Shown in pieces: positions 28,955 to 36,884 of a stretch of 64,000 bases of DNA. The position numbers and the translations under genes are program-made. The stretch spans positions 1,848 through 65,847 of the forward strand of contig JBLNBW010000107.1 of NCBI GenBank assembly GCA_050260255.1, given 5' to 3'. The first letter of the stretch is position 1; each line of letters opens with the position of its first letter. The notes below the pieces were generated by a model. The model saw only the letters and a program-made list of their open reading frames with translations. It did no database searches and had not been told where the DNA came from. This DNA comes from Rhodospirillaceae bacterium (GTDB lineage: Bacteria > Pseudomonadota > Gammaproteobacteria > Burkholderiales > SG8-41).

Positions 28955-28995
28955 AGCGCGACGTCAACGTTACGCCTACTTGCAAGGAGAACATC

Positions 28996-29847
28996 GTGTC
29001 GCAAGACCTGGAGAAGCTGAAGGACTGGATAGGCCAGAAGGAATCGGACGTCGACCACGTGACCGTGCCGTCGGTGCACCGGCTCGCATGCACGCTCGAT
29101 CGCGACGATCCCATGCCGCGTGTCGGCGACGACCTGCCGATCGGCTGGCACTCCATACTCTTCCCGCGCGTCGTGCGTCAGTCACAGATCGGCCCCGACG
29201 GCCATCCGAAGCGCGGCGACTTCCTGCCCCCGGTGCCGCTGCCGCGCCGCATGTTCGCCGGCAAACGGATCCGCTTTCACGCCCCGCTCAAGGTTGGCGA
29301 CGAAGTGCGCCGCGAGTCCGTCATCAAGGATGTGACGCTGAAGACCGGGCGTACCGGCCAGATGGTCTTCGTCACGGTGCAGACCGACATCATGAGCCCG
29401 CGCGGCCTTGCGATCACCGAGGAGCAGGACATCGTGTATCGCGGCGAGCCGGAGGCCGGCGCACCGGCACCGGCGCCGCAACCGGCGCCCGGCAAGGCGG
29501 TGTGGACGAACACCGTCACGCCCGATCAAGTGATGTTGTTTCGCTACTCCGCGCTCACGTTCAACGGCCACCGCATCCACTACGATTACCCGTATGTGAC
29601 GCAGGTCGAAAAATATCCGAACCTCGTGATGAACGGCGGGCTCACCACCGTCCTCGTCTTCGAGCTGGCGCGCGCCAACGCCAAATCGCTCCTCACGTAC
29701 ATCAGCTCGCGCAACGTGCGTCCGCTGTTCGTGGGTCGCGCGATCACGCTGTGCGGCGAGCCGGCTGCCGACGGCAAGACGGCGAAGCTCTGGGCGCAGG
29801 ACGATACCGGCGCGCTCGCGCTCAACGCCACGGCGGAGTTCGCCTGA
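28996..29847 (+). CDS. MaoC/hot-dog family enoyl-CoA hydratase (itaconyl-CoA / mesaconyl-C4-CoA hydratase-like)
   Basis: GTG start after AAGGAGA, 283 aa. FRYSALTFNGHRIHYDYPY and MNGGLT motifs typical of the Ich/HTD2-like group. Stop overlaps the next start (TGATG). Confidence 0.65.
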   Translation: MSQDLEKLKDWIGQKESDVDHVTVPSVHRLACTLDRDDPMPRVGDDLPIGWHSILFPRVVRQSQIGPDGHPKRGDFLPPVPLPRRMFAGKRIRFHAPLKVGDEVRRESVIKDVTLKTGRTGQMVFVTVQTDIMSPRGLAITEEQDIVYRGEPEAGAPAPAPQPAPGKAVWTNTVTPDQVMLFRYSALTFNGHRIHYDYPYVTQVEKYPNLVMNGGLTTVLVFELARANAKSLLTYISSRNVRPLFVGRAITLCGEPAADGKTAKLWAQDDTGALALNATAEFA

Positions 29848-31061
29848 TGGCCGGCGGTCCGCTCGAAGGCGTCACGGTGGTCGACCTCACGTCAGTGGTG
29901 GTCGGCCCGCTCGCCACGCAAATCCTCGCCGATCACGGCGCCACGGTCATCAAGATCGAATCGAAGACCGGCGATCTCATCCGCCACATGAACGGAAAAT
30001 CGGTGACCCCGGGCATGGGCGCGAAGTTCCTGCATCTTAACCGCAACAAGCGCTCCATCGTGCTCGATCTCAAGAACCCCGAGGGACATGCGGCGCTGAT
30101 GAAGCTCGTGGAACGCGCCGACGTGCTCGTGTGGAATGTGCGTCCGCCGGCGATGGCGCGCTTGAAGCTCTCCTACGACGACGTGCGCGCCGTCAATCCA
30201 AAGATCATCTATTGCGGCATGTTCGGCTTCGGCCAGGACGGCCGGTATCGCGACAAGCCTGCGTACGACACCATCATCCAAGGCTCGGGCGGCATGGCCG
30301 CCTTGCATCACCGGGCGACGGGCGAGCCGCGTTTCGTGCCGATGGTGGTTGCGGACAAGACGGTCGGCCTCATCGCGGTGCAAATGATCGTGATGGCGCT
30401 GTATCGGCGCACGCAGACCGGCGAAGGCTGCTCGATCGAGATTCCAATGTTCGAGAACCTCGTGAAGTTCGTGCTCGAAGAGCACATGTATCTCAAGACG
30501 TTCGAGCCGCCGCTCGGCGAAACGGGCGATCCGCGCCTGCTCGATCCGCTGGGCAAGCCCATACCGACGAAGGACGGCTGGATCTGCATCTCGGCCAACA
30601 CGAACGACCAGGCGTTCGGCTTTTTCGATGCGATCGGACGCCCCGAGCTCAAGACCGATCCGCGCTTTTGCAGCGTGCAGGCCCGCTTTGCGAACGTGAA
30701 AGAGTACTTCGAGATCCGCATGGCGGCGCTCAAGACGAAGACCACCGCCGAATGGCTTGAAATCTTCGATGCCGCCGACGTGCCTGCGATGCCGTACCAC
30801 ACGCTGGACAGCGTGCTCGAGGATCCGCACTTGAAGGAAATCGGCTTCTTCGAGCTCAAGAACCATCCCACCGAAGGCAAGACGCGCAACATGCGCCTGC
30901 CCAACAAGTGGTCGTGCGGCGTACGCCAGGAATGGATACCGGCGCCCAAGCTCGGTCAGGACAGCGTCGACATCCTGCACGAGCTCGGCTATCGCGACGA
31001 GGAGATCGCCGCGCTGATCCAGCAGGGCGTCACCGTCGACGGACGGCTCGGCAAGCAGTGA
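29847..31061 (+). CDS. family III (CaiB/BaiF) acyl-CoA transferase
   Basis: MAGGPLEGVTVVDLTSVVVGPLATQILADHGATVIKIE... N-terminus typical of family III CoA-transferases. 404 aa. Confidence 0.9.
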   Translation: MAGGPLEGVTVVDLTSVVVGPLATQILADHGATVIKIESKTGDLIRHMNGKSVTPGMGAKFLHLNRNKRSIVLDLKNPEGHAALMKLVERADVLVWNVRPPAMARLKLSYDDVRAVNPKIIYCGMFGFGQDGRYRDKPAYDTIIQGSGGMAALHHRATGEPRFVPMVVADKTVGLIAVQMIVMALYRRTQTGEGCSIEIPMFENLVKFVLEEHMYLKTFEPPLGETGDPRLLDPLGKPIPTKDGWICISANTNDQAFGFFDAIGRPELKTDPRFCSVQARFANVKEYFEIRMAALKTKTTAEWLEIFDAADVPAMPYHTLDSVLEDPHLKEIGFFELKNHPTEGKTRNMRLPNKWSCGVRQEWIPAPKLGQDSVDILHELGYRDEEIAALIQQGVTVDGRLGKQ

Positions 31062-31170
31062 CCCGGTGAACGGCAAGCGGTGAATGGTGAACGCGAGAAG
31101 ACATCATCGTCTTCCGGCGTACGGCTCATCGCTCGCCAGGCACCCCTTACAAACAGAAACCTCTGAGGAC

Positions 31171-32148
31171 ATGAACATGCGCAAGACTATCTTAGCCTGC
31201 CTGATGGCAGCGGCAGCACTCCCTGCAGCGGCGGCGGAAAACGTGAACGACTATCCCAGCAAACCGATCAGGCTCGTCGTGCCCTTCACGCCCGGCGGCA
31301 GCACGGACATTCTTGCGCGGGTGATCGGACAGAAGCTCACCGAAGCGTGGGGCAAGCAAGTGGTCATCGACAACCGCCCCGGTGCCGGCGGCAATATCGG
31401 CGTCGATCTCGTCGCGAAGTCGCCCGCCGACGGCTACACGCTCGTCATGGGCCACATCGGCACGTTCGGCGTGAATCCCACGCTCTATCCGAAGTTGCCG
31501 TACGATCCGATCAAGGACTTCCAGCCCATCACGCTCGTCGCACTGGTGCCCAACATGCTGAGCGTGAATCCGGCGCTGCCTGCGAAATCGGTGAAGGAGC
31601 TCGTTGCGCTCGCGAAAGCGAAGCCGGGGACGATCAACTTCGGCTCCGGCGGCAACGGCTCGGCTGCGCATCTCGCGGGCGAGTACTTCAAGCTCATGAC
31701 GAAGACCGAGATCACCCATATTCCGTATCGCGGCACCTCGCCTGCCGTCACGGATCTCATCGCCGGCCAGATCCAGATGATGATCACCGGCGTGCCGCCG
31801 ACGCTCACGTTCGCGAAAAGCGGCAAGTTGCGCGCGCTCGCTGTTGCAACGTCCAAGCGTCTGCCCCTGCTGCCGGATCTGCCCACCATCGCCGAAGCCG
31901 GTGTGCCGGGCTACGAGGCCACGCAGTGGTACGGGGTGCTCGCGCCTGCGGGAACGCCCAAGCCGATCGTGGCCAAGTTGAACGCGGAGATGGCGAAGGC
32001 GATCAAGGGTCCCGACGTGCGCGAGAAGCTCGCCGCCGATGCGGCCGAACCGGTGGGCAACTCCCCGGAAGAGTTCGGTGCATTCATCAAGAAGGAAATC
32101 GCCCGCTGGGCGCCCGTCGTGAAGGCGTCCGGGGCGCGGCCCGAATGA
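31171..32148 (+). CDS. Bug/TctC-family substrate-binding protein
   Basis: MNMRKTILACLMAAAALPAAAA signal peptide and the YPSKPIRLVVPFTPGGSTD motif. GAGGA SD. Confidence 0.9.
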   Translation: MNMRKTILACLMAAAALPAAAAENVNDYPSKPIRLVVPFTPGGSTDILARVIGQKLTEAWGKQVVIDNRPGAGGNIGVDLVAKSPADGYTLVMGHIGTFGVNPTLYPKLPYDPIKDFQPITLVALVPNMLSVNPALPAKSVKELVALAKAKPGTINFGSGGNGSAAHLAGEYFKLMTKTEITHIPYRGTSPAVTDLIAGQIQMMITGVPPTLTFAKSGKLRALAVATSKRLPLLPDLPTIAEAGVPGYEATQWYGVLAPAGTPKPIVAKLNAEMAKAIKGPDVREKLAADAAEPVGNSPEEFGAFIKKEIARWAPVVKASGARPE

Positions 32149-32184
32149 GGTAAAGTCGCGTTTCCAACCTCATAGGAGAGGCGC

Positions 32185-33024
32185 ATGAAGTCGGTACATG
32201 GAAAACGGCTGACGGCTGCCGCGGCGCTCCTCGCTGCGGCATTCACGGTCGCCGGTGCGGAGGCGGCACAATCCGCCGGCCCGTATACGCCGTCGGTCGG
32301 TCAGGAGGGCAAGGACGTCATCTGGGTCCCCACGCCCCAAGCGCTCGTCGAGCGCATGCTCACCATCGCGAAAGTCACGCCCAACGATTTCGTGGTCGAT
32401 TTAGGCTCGGGCGATGGTCGGACGGTGATTACCGCGGCCAAGAAATTCGGTGCGCGTGCGCTGGGGCTCGAGTACAACCCGGACATGGTCGCGCTTTCGA
32501 AGCGCAACGCCGAGAAGGAAGGCGTCGCCGATCGGGCCCAATTCCAGCGTGCCGACATTTTCGCGACGGACTTCAGCCACGCCACGGTGGTCACGATGTA
32601 TCTCCTGCCGTCGCTCAACCTCAAGCTGCGCCCGACGCTGCTCGCGATGAAGCCCGGCACGCGCGTCGTCTCGCATGCATTTACGATGGACGATTGGAAT
32701 CCGGACCAGACGGAGAACGTCGAGGGCCGGACGGCTTATCTGTGGATAGTGCCGGCCAAAGCCGAAGGCCAGTGGCGCATCGATATGGCCGGCGCGAATC
32801 CTTCCCGATATGACGTCGAGCTGAAGCAGAAATATCAGATGCTGGAAGGCCAGGCGCGAAGCGACGGGCAAGTGATCCCGGTACGCGACGGCAAGCTGCG
32901 CGGCGACGAAATCACGTTCAGCGTCGGCGAGAAGATCTTCACAGGCAAGCTCGCCGGCGACCGCATGGAAGGCACCGCCAAGGCGAGCGGCGAAGTGAAA
33001 TGGACTGCCACGCGCGTGAAGTGA
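32185..33024 (+). CDS. class I SAM-dependent methyltransferase with an N-terminal signal peptide
   Basis: MKSVHGKRLTAAAALLAAAFTVAGAEA signal-like N-terminus. Motif I VVDLGSGDGRTVI, plus a ~90-aa C-terminal beta-rich extension. AGGAGAG SD. Confidence 0.75.
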   Translation: MKSVHGKRLTAAAALLAAAFTVAGAEAAQSAGPYTPSVGQEGKDVIWVPTPQALVERMLTIAKVTPNDFVVDLGSGDGRTVITAAKKFGARALGLEYNPDMVALSKRNAEKEGVADRAQFQRADIFATDFSHATVVTMYLLPSLNLKLRPTLLAMKPGTRVVSHAFTMDDWNPDQTENVEGRTAYLWIVPAKAEGQWRIDMAGANPSRYDVELKQKYQMLEGQARSDGQVIPVRDGKLRGDEITFSVGEKIFTGKLAGDRMEGTAKASGEVKWTATRVK

Positions 33025-33046
33025 GCTGATCTTCCGCGCGCATCGC

Positions 33047-33078
33047 GAAAAGGCGCAGCGACCGGCTGCGCCTTTTTT
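33047..33078 (+). terminator. rho-independent terminator
   Basis: GGCGCAGC-gacc(g)-GCTGCGCC stem followed by TTTTTT, 23 nt after the methyltransferase stop. Confidence 0.8.
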
Positions 33079-33165
33079 ACGCGCGGGGCGGCTGCGCGGC
33101 GTGATCTATAATGCCGCGGTCGGTCATTTCTACATCAATTACGCATTTCAACCGGAGTTCGGTAC

Positions 33166-34095
33166 ATGGCACAAGCAGCATCGGAAGCCGTCATCATCGG
33201 CGGTGGCATCATGGGCGGCGACATCGCGATCATCTTTGCCGCGGCCGGGTGGAAGGTCCACGTGATGAGCCCTTCGCAGAAGACGCGCGATGCGTTGCCC
33301 GCGCGCATGGCCGCCGGACTCGGCAAGCTCGGCGCCGGCGCTGCCGCGGCGAGCAACGTCAAGGCGTACGAGAAGCTCGAAGACATACCGTGGAAGAACG
33401 TGAAGTTCGTGGTCGAAGCGGTGACCGAGGACCTCGCGCTGAAGCAGGGCATCTTCGCGCAACTCGAGCAGCTCGCCGGGCCCGATGTACCCCTTACCAG
33501 CAACACGTCGAATTTTCCGATCGGCGAGGTCGGCAAGCACCTCAAGCACCGCAACCGCGTGCTCGGATTGCATTTCTTCATGCCGGCGCATCTGGTGCCG
33601 CTCGTCGAAGTCGTCAGCGCGGACGCGACCGATCCCAACATCGCCGAAAGCACCGTGGAACTCATGAGGCAGCTCGGCAAGGCGCCGATCTGGGTGAAGA
33701 AGGACGTGCCGGGCTTCGTCGGCAACCGCATCCAGCACGCAATGATGCGCGAAGCGCTCTATCTCATCAACGACGGGATCGTGTCGCCGGAAGGCGTGGA
33801 CACTGCGGTGCGCTACGGCTTCGGCTTCCGGTTCATCGCGTGCGGGCCCATCATGCAGAAGGAAATGTCGGGCTGGGACACGAACTACTACGTCGCCGGG
33901 GCGCTGTATCCGCATCTTTACAACAATACGGAAGCCGCACCGGTGGTGAAGAACATGATCGAGCAGGGCCACATCGGCATGAAGACCAAGCGTGGCTTCT
34001 GGGAATGGACCGACGAGTCGATCGCCAAGGAGAAAGCGCGCATCGAGCAGGCGCTGCAGGCCGGCATGGCGATCCTCAAGGCGGACAGCAAGTAG
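33166..34095 (+). CDS. 3-hydroxyacyl-CoA dehydrogenase family protein (NAD-binding)
   Basis: VIIGGGIMGGDIAIIFAAAG Rossmann motif; EAVTEDLALKQ, GLHFFMPAHLVPLVEV, GFVGNRIQ: the 3HCDH pattern. Confidence 0.88.
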   Translation: MAQAASEAVIIGGGIMGGDIAIIFAAAGWKVHVMSPSQKTRDALPARMAAGLGKLGAGAAAASNVKAYEKLEDIPWKNVKFVVEAVTEDLALKQGIFAQLEQLAGPDVPLTSNTSNFPIGEVGKHLKHRNRVLGLHFFMPAHLVPLVEVVSADATDPNIAESTVELMRQLGKAPIWVKKDVPGFVGNRIQHAMMREALYLINDGIVSPEGVDTAVRYGFGFRFIACGPIMQKEMSGWDTNYYVAGALYPHLYNNTEAAPVVKNMIEQGHIGMKTKRGFWEWTDESIAKEKARIEQALQAGMAILKADSK

Positions 34096-34122
34096 CGCCT
34101 GCCGCCCTGCCTGGGCAGCGCA

Positions 34123-34524
34123 TCAGCGGCCGGGTCGTGTAGCCCTATGGAGTGCGACCGCCACCGCCGGCGCTGAATGCAGCGCTTTCGGGGCCATCGC
34201 CAGGGCGCCTGCGACGGGCAGGAACGGCTCGGCGTGCGCCGCGGGCGCACGCACGGGCGCTACGCCAAGCGCGGGCTCCGCACGTCGTGGCTTCTCTTTT
34301 GCGGCAAGCTCCCGCCTGCGCTTCGCTGCGAGAACATCGCGCTCCCATCCATTCAGCATGCTGACAAGCCCGATCACCATGAGACCGAAGGCCCCGCCCG
34401 ATGCACCGGACAAGGCGAGGAAGCCGATAAACGGCCGGCATGCGGGATCGGTCGCCGAAGCGCAGTAAGCGAGATAACCGAACCATTGCGATACGTACGA
34501 CCAGAGCGTCATTTGCGCCTGCAC
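34123..34524 (-). CDS. hypothetical small membrane protein
   Basis: GTG (34524) or ATG (34512) start. Two hydrophobic segments, then a basic Ala/Pro-rich tail; moderately high GC3. No recognisable family. Confidence 0.4.
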   Translation of the reverse strand: MQAQMTLWSYVSQWFGYLAYCASATDPACRPFIGFLALSGASGGAFGLMVIGLVSMLNGWERDVLAAKRRRELAAKEKPRRAEPALGVAPVRAPAAHAEPFLPVAGALAMAPKALHSAPAVAVALHRATRPGR

Positions 34525-34586
34525 TGCGATGGGGTGTTCATGTATCTGCCGTCGTTGAATGTTGTCGTTGCACGCCGCATGCCCGT

Positions 34587-34614
34587 CAAAAAGAACCCGG
34601 CACCAGGCCGGGTT
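34587..34614 (-). terminator. rho-independent terminator-like hairpin (minus strand)
   Basis: AACCCGGC-ctggt-GCCGGGTT followed by CTTTTTG on the minus strand. No protein gene ends here. Confidence 0.5.
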
Positions 34615-34947
34615 TAAGAACGCCCAAGAGGAATGCGTGCACCCATGGGAAACGGGGGAGTTCCCGGGCTACGGATGCACGGTCGCTGTAGTGCAATGGA
34701 CGTGCCGGGTCCGGCACGACACGGCATGGGCCGGCATATCCCCAGCGGCTGCGTCGTGCCGGCGAGGGTGGCAAGCCGCATAGCGAGAACGAGTAACTTT
34801 CACCGCGCCACTGCGCTCCGACCGCGTATATACTTCCCGCCCGGCACGCGGGTCGCCTCGCCGACTTCCGTGTTGCAGGACGCAGCGGCGCGCGCAGAGT
34901 ACGGCCGCGTGGCCGCAAATACATCGAACAACGAGCAAAGGTTCAGA

Positions 34948-35262
34948 GTGACACCCGAAAAACACCACGGCGCACGCACGCCGCGCGGGGAAGCCGAAGG
35001 CAACGGCACCGAGTTCGCGTCGTTTCGCGCATTGTCGGAGCACGACCGGCAGGCGATCAACGCCATCATCCAGAACAAAGACCGCATCAAGCTCGCGCAG
35101 GCCCAGTTGCGCGACGACGTGAAGACCGTGGCGGAGCGCCTCGGTATGAAGACGAGCGAGCTCAACCGTATCGTGCGACTCGCTATGCAGGAGCAGGAGC
35201 GGGGCAACGCGCTGCTCCATGAGAAGGCGCTGATCGAGGTCGCGGAGCAGCTCGTATCCTGA
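34948..35262 (+). CDS. small alpha-helical protein, possible GapR/DUF2312-like DNA-binding protein
   Basis: Only the last 104 codons of ORF 34633..35262 show strong GC3 bias. GTG start 7 nt after AAAGG. By-eye similarity of ...INAIIQNKDRIKLAQAQLRDDVKTVAERLGMKTSELNRIVRLAMQEQ... to the GapR core. Confidence 0.6.
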   Translation: MTPEKHHGARTPRGEAEGNGTEFASFRALSEHDRQAINAIIQNKDRIKLAQAQLRDDVKTVAERLGMKTSELNRIVRLAMQEQERGNALLHEKALIEVAEQLVS

Positions 35263-35345
35263 TGCAGGCCGCTGCCTGATCTAAGGCACCCCCACATACC
35301 GTCGGCATTGCGCTTGCTCTAGGCGATCAACCCCTGGAGCCGCCG

Positions 35346-36344
35346 ATGGTCCGTTACCGCCGCTTCCCGTCCGCCTTACGGGCGGCACTCAGTGTCCTGT
35401 GCACGGTCGCGGCGCTTGCCCCCCAGCGCCCCGCCGACGCGCAAACGCTTACTTTGTACGGCGGCACCGTGCATGCCCCCGAGCTGCGGAGGAGCCAGTC
35501 GTTCACCTTCGCTCTCGATTACGTCGAGCCCGTGAGCGACCATCTCGCGGTCGGGGTGATGTACCTGAACGAGGGTCACCACGACGATCATCACCGCGAC
35601 GGCTACGCTGCCCAGCTCTGGTGGCGTACTGCGCCGCTTGCGCGCGGCCTGCGGCTCGCGGTCGGCGCCGGTCCTTATTATCACTTTGACACCGCAACAG
35701 TACAGGGGCCGGAGTACGCGAATCGCCACGGTTGGGGCGTTGTGTACAGTGTGGCGGCAAGCGTCCCGTTCGCCCAGCGCTGGTCGGCACAGTTGCGGTT
35801 CAATCGCGTCGTGGCACGCGACCGCTTCGATACCAACATCGCTCTGCTCGGTATCGGCTATCAGTTCGACGCCAAAGCGGACGAGCGCGCTACGGCGGAC
35901 ATCGGCCGTCGCCGCCATCGCGAGATCACGCTCCTCGCCGGCCAAACGATACTCAACAGCTTCGAGTCCGAGCGCGACACGGCGCTGAGCCTCGAGTACC
36001 GGCACACCGTGTCGTCGTGGTTCGATTGGTCCGCCGCCTGGCTCAACGAAGGCGAGCCCCGATTCATCGATCGCAAGGGCCTGGCTGCGCAGGGGTGGCT
36101 TGCGCGCTCGGCGTTCGATAACAGACTGCGCTTCGGCATCGGCCTCGGGCCGTATTTTGCCCTCGACCGGCGTCACGCCGCCCTCACCGGCGAAAGTCAG
36201 CGGCAGCTGGCGGGCCTCGTATCGCTCACCGCGCGTTACCGCATCGCCCCGCAATGGCACGTGCGTGCGACCTGGCATCGCGTGCTCGCCGATTATCATC
36301 GCGACACCGACGTAGTCCTCCTGGGCGCCGGCTACAGCTTTTAG
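35346..36344 (+). CDS. outer-membrane beta-barrel protein with internal tandem duplication
   Basis: Signal peptide ending ADA-QT. Alternating beta-strand pattern and a C-terminal GAGYSF (terminal Phe). The first half ends with the homologous LLGIGYQF. Confidence 0.8.
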   Translation: MVRYRRFPSALRAALSVLCTVAALAPQRPADAQTLTLYGGTVHAPELRRSQSFTFALDYVEPVSDHLAVGVMYLNEGHHDDHHRDGYAAQLWWRTAPLARGLRLAVGAGPYYHFDTATVQGPEYANRHGWGVVYSVAASVPFAQRWSAQLRFNRVVARDRFDTNIALLGIGYQFDAKADERATADIGRRRHREITLLAGQTILNSFESERDTALSLEYRHTVSSWFDWSAAWLNEGEPRFIDRKGLAAQGWLARSAFDNRLRFGIGLGPYFALDRRHAALTGESQRQLAGLVSLTARYRIAPQWHVRATWHRVLADYHRDTDVVLLGAGYSF

Positions 36345-36454
36345 CCACGCAGCGCTTACTCGTGTGCTGCAAAAATGTTACAGTGCCCGCTCACGAGACG
36401 GCCACAGCGCTCCGCATGACGGACGCGCATATGAGCACCCACCAAGGAGGAAGT

Positions 36455-36688
36455 ATGAGCACCGTAGTTTGGCGTTTTTTCGTCGGTGACGACCAGCGCT
36501 GGCGCTGGCAGACTCTCACGCCCGGTCGGGTGGTTCTTTCGGAATCCCACGCCTCGTATCCCGCTTACGACCAGTGCATTTCCGCCGCGAAGGCGGAAGG
36601 CTATCTGTTCCAGGACGCACAGACGAACGCGCCCTGGCACGGCGCAACGCACCGCAGCCCGCCCAAGGAGCACGCGCACCGCCGTTGA
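36455..36688 (+). CDS. small hypothetical protein (YegP/DUF1508-like pattern)
   Basis: ATG preceded by AAGGAGGAAGT. MSTVVWRFFVGDDQRWRWQTLTPGRVVLSESHASYPAYDQCISAAKAEGY resembles the FRFxLxAxNGxxIxxSExYxS repeat by eye. 77 aa. Confidence 0.55.
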   Translation: MSTVVWRFFVGDDQRWRWQTLTPGRVVLSESHASYPAYDQCISAAKAEGYLFQDAQTNAPWHGATHRSPPKEHAHRR

Positions 36689-36812
36689 CACGCCGACCGG
36701 ACGCGGCATGAAGCGCGTCCGGCCACGCCGCGCCAACAGCGCAAAGCGCTGATGCAGCAGGAACCGTAGTCACCGCCGATCACAAGAAGCATACCCGGCA
36801 AGGAGGAGGTTC

Positions 36813-36884
36813 ATGTTCGTGTCGCTTCGCGCGTGTCACGGGACAAGTCGCGCGGCCTCGGCGATTCGCCGCCGCGGGCCGTGA
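36813..36884 (+). other. 23-codon upstream ORF with the only strong SD of the region, stop overlapping an in-frame GTG of the GGDEF-EAL gene
   Basis: AAGGAGGAGGttcATG...; MFVSLRACHGTSRAASAIRRRGP*. The TGA at 36882-36884 overlaps the GTG at 36881-36883 (GTGA). Confidence 0.4.

Noticed and set aside
33107-33112. TATAAT hexamer as the promoter of the 3-hydroxyacyl-CoA dehydrogenase gene
   Set aside because: It is a perfect -10 hexamer, but there is no TTG-type -35 at 16-18 nt (only GC-rich sequence). Not enough to annotate.
35346-36344. Annotation as PagL-type lipid A deacylase
   Set aside because: The size of each half and the terminal motif recall PagL-like 8-stranded barrels. But the catalytic H-x-S-N segment is not present (FNRV / WHRV at the equivalent place).
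36431-36454. Upstream ATG (36431) as the start of the YegP-like small protein
   Set aside because: The AAGGAGG SD lies between the two ATGs and correctly spaces only the second one (36455).
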